Part shown: piece by piece, positions 62,127 to 64,000 of the stretch
How positions within the stretch are numbered: the first letter of the stretch is position 1
Layout: each line of letters starts with the position of its first letter
Assembly (NCBI GenBank): GCA_965223845.1
Contig: CBDCXR010000004.1
Span: 1,888,001-1,952,000, forward strand
Length of the DNA stretch: 64,000 bases
Reading direction: 5' to 3'
Source of the DNA: Planctomycetota bacterium
GTDB taxonomy: Bacteria; Planctomycetota; UBA8108; SXIK01
The notes under the pieces: generated by a model
Databases searched by the model: none
Seen by the model: only the letters and a program-made list of their open reading frames with translations
Told to the model about the DNA's origin: nothing
Program-made: the position numbers and the translations under genes

Positions 62127-62282
62127 GTTTTTTGACCATACGAGTTAGATGGTTCTCTTCGAGCGCCGGCACGAGCCCACCTACAGGAAGGCGATAGTGC
62201 CAGCCCCAACAACCTTTTCTTGAGCTGGGTTGCTGAGGGCGTTGCCGTTCTCAGCTCATCAGTGATGCGAAGGAGATCAGCG

Positions 62283-62492
62283 ATGACGCTGACAAGCATC
62301 GGGACCCGGTTCAAGACCGGGCAAACGTGTGTCGAGTCGGGACGCTACCGGTTCGACGGTTACCTCGACGGAACTTCGACTCCAGCTCCGACGCCCGAGG
62401 AAAAGGAGATCCCGTTGAGCCGGGGGGAAACGTTCCCGCCTATTCGTTCGACGGGCAAGGCGTGTTGGTGGAAGCTCGTCCAGCGGATCTAG
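62283..62492 (+). CDS. YjzC-like small protein
   Basis: AAGGAG RBS; FKTGQ....SG.Y and LSRGETFPP......W pattern. Confidence 0.75.
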   Translation: MTLTSIGTRFKTGQTCVESGRYRFDGYLDGTSTPAPTPEEKEIPLSRGETFPPIRSTGKACWWKLVQRI

Positions 62493-62590
62493 CACACTTC
62501 CGATCGACTGCACAGGGGGACTGCGTAGCTGTGGTCCCCCTGCTTGCGTCGAGGTGTAGGCGCTCAGCGGGTTCGTTAGACTTGGACAGG

Positions 62591-63251
62591 ATGGACCCGA
62601 TCGTAGAAGAACTGGATTCGATCCTCGGCGCTCTCGCAAAACTGTACGCGGAGCAAGCCAATCCTCTCGTTGTCGCGATACTTGCGGAGTCTCAAGCCTC
62701 CATCGAGGAATCAGCGTACGACAATTGGGATGGCGGTCAAACCTACTATCAGGTGCTTCTGGACCTTCCTCCATCCCTGTACGCCAAACTGACGGATGCG
62801 GACAGGGAGCGAATCGAGAAGGACTTGGTCGAGACAACAGGACCAATCGTACGCCGCTACGGGAACCAACATGTCTCGGGGTTCGTACTCTCCACGAAGT
62901 TGAATGTCGATCCAGGCTGGCGCGGCAAGGCGACGGCATGGACTCGGGGCGAGGGCGTTACGAATCAAGGTCGAGTACGTTCGGACAACGTAGCCGCGAA
63001 GAGTTGTGACGGCCTGCTGTTCGCCCGACTTCGTGATCATCAAGGACGGGGTCGTCCTTCAGGTCGAAGTCGATGGCGACACAGTGCACAGCGAGACTCC
63101 CGTCGAAGCGCACAATCGCACGACACTCCTCTCTCATGAAGGTGTCCTCGTGGAGCGTGTGAGGGCGTCAGAGTGCGCGGATTTCGAGAAGGCCGAGCTG
63201 TGCGCGCAACGACTGCTCCAGATTCTGGAGAAACACAAGAAGAACCGATGA
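62591..63251 (+). pseudogene. Frameshifted PD-(D/E)xK nuclease with Abi-like N-terminal domain
   Basis: Frame 1 to ...NQGRVRSDNV...DGLLF (63022); frame 2 resumes PDFVIIKDGVVLQVEVDG; N-terminal YDNWDGG motif. Confidence 0.7.
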
Positions 63252-63832
63252 ATTCGAGGCCGATTGGCGCGTTTTCAAATCAATCAAGAACGCGCCGTAT
63301 CCCGTGGACGGCTACGCCCCCGCGTCGTCTTCGAGAAGAAACCAACGCAACCGATTGATTGCTTCGACCTTCTTCTCCCAGAGGCGACCGTCCAACTCGA
63401 CAGTCTTTCACAGCGTGTCCCCGAAACGAACGAGGGAAACTGTACGACGCGGCGGTCGTCAGCTCCGTGAACGCTCCGGCAACCGTGGTGAAAAGATTAG
63501 CTCCCATTTGTGGAAAGTGGTTCCCCGAGGGTGGGACCCAGCACCGCCCCACACATTTTTGGCAGGTTTCCGAAACTTAACCGTCAAGGAAAACTCTCCG
63601 AACGACGCCGCCGTTTCGCGCAAGGTCAAAGTCCTCAAGCGCCGGGTTCGGCGCTACTTCTTTGACTGAGGCGACTCCAATGCTCGCGTCAGTTCGACGG
63701 GCGTCCGCTCTCAAAGGGCACCGACCGTCGCGAGCCTGGACCGGTAAGGGTAGATCTTGGTATCCTCACCGGCGGAGCGTGTCCGAGATTGCGCGTCGTT
63801 TTCGACCGCTGAACGTTTGGAGGGCAGCGAAA

Positions 63833-64000
63833 ATGCTTGATGAAGCTGGTGGCTCGCGGGGGGCGTTCGACTTCTCACCTGACGCGTCCTCAAAGGAGAA
63901 CATTGACAACTTCTTGGCTCACCTTGAGACCGTCGATGCCGAATTCGCGCGACTACTCAAAAGGAACATCGGGGAACTGCTCCCGCTTCCAGAGCAGAGT
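63833..64000 (+). CDS. Hypothetical protein, 5' part (runs off window)
   Basis: GGAGGG RBS, ATG 63833, open to the end: MLDEAGGSRGAFDFSPDASSKENIDNFLAHLETVDAEFARLL. Confidence 0.6.
   Translation, partial: MLDEAGGSRGAFDFSPDASSKENIDNFLAHLETVDAEFARLLKRNIGELLPLPEQS

Larger units (their letters stand above)
59684..62144 (+). mobile_element. DDE transposon interrupted upstream of its transposase by an IS3 element
   Basis: Perfect 18-bp terminal inverted repeats CTCGTATGGTCAAAAAAC (59684..59701 and 62127..62144). Confidence 0.85.

Noticed and set aside
62327-63139. 270-aa ORF as an intact gene
   Set aside because: Its start overlaps the YjzC-like gene and its tail is out of frame after 63022; better explained as a frameshifted gene from 62591.

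Overview
High-GC bacterial DNA, almost certainly Planctomycetota (DUF1501 plus PSCyt/PSD1 cytochrome pair, TIGR03067-type protein, ECF sigma/Ser-Thr kinase pair, sulfatases, dockerin-like C-termini). All family calls come from motif recognition; no search was run. 1-28.7 kb is a patchwork of accessory genes: two membrane-anchored ECF sigma factors, PQQ/LamG, ankyrin, Dps, a beta-helix protein, a sulfatase, a three-gene phosphonate cluster (alcohol dehydrogenase, DUF5690 transporter, PhnZ), and ArsR/SRPBCC and MarR/thioredoxin units with palindromic operators. 28.8-43 kb is a coherent surface-signalling locus: an ECF sigma and a trypsin-like protein, divergent from a kinase, two lipoproteins (one with 16 FG-GAP repeats) and two dockerin-like proteins, one ending in a Trp/Asp repeat tail. 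43-64 kb is a mobile and decaying region: a doubly frameshifted RelE-type toxin with antitoxin, nested DDE transposons sharing one end motif, an IS3 element with a 4-bp target duplication, and a broken defence-like nuclease. The most unusual signal is that both long ECF sigma genes carry an internal GGAGG-N7-ATG exactly at the start of their membrane/export segment, suggesting two proteins per gene. No rRNA, tRNA or CRISPR array was recognised.
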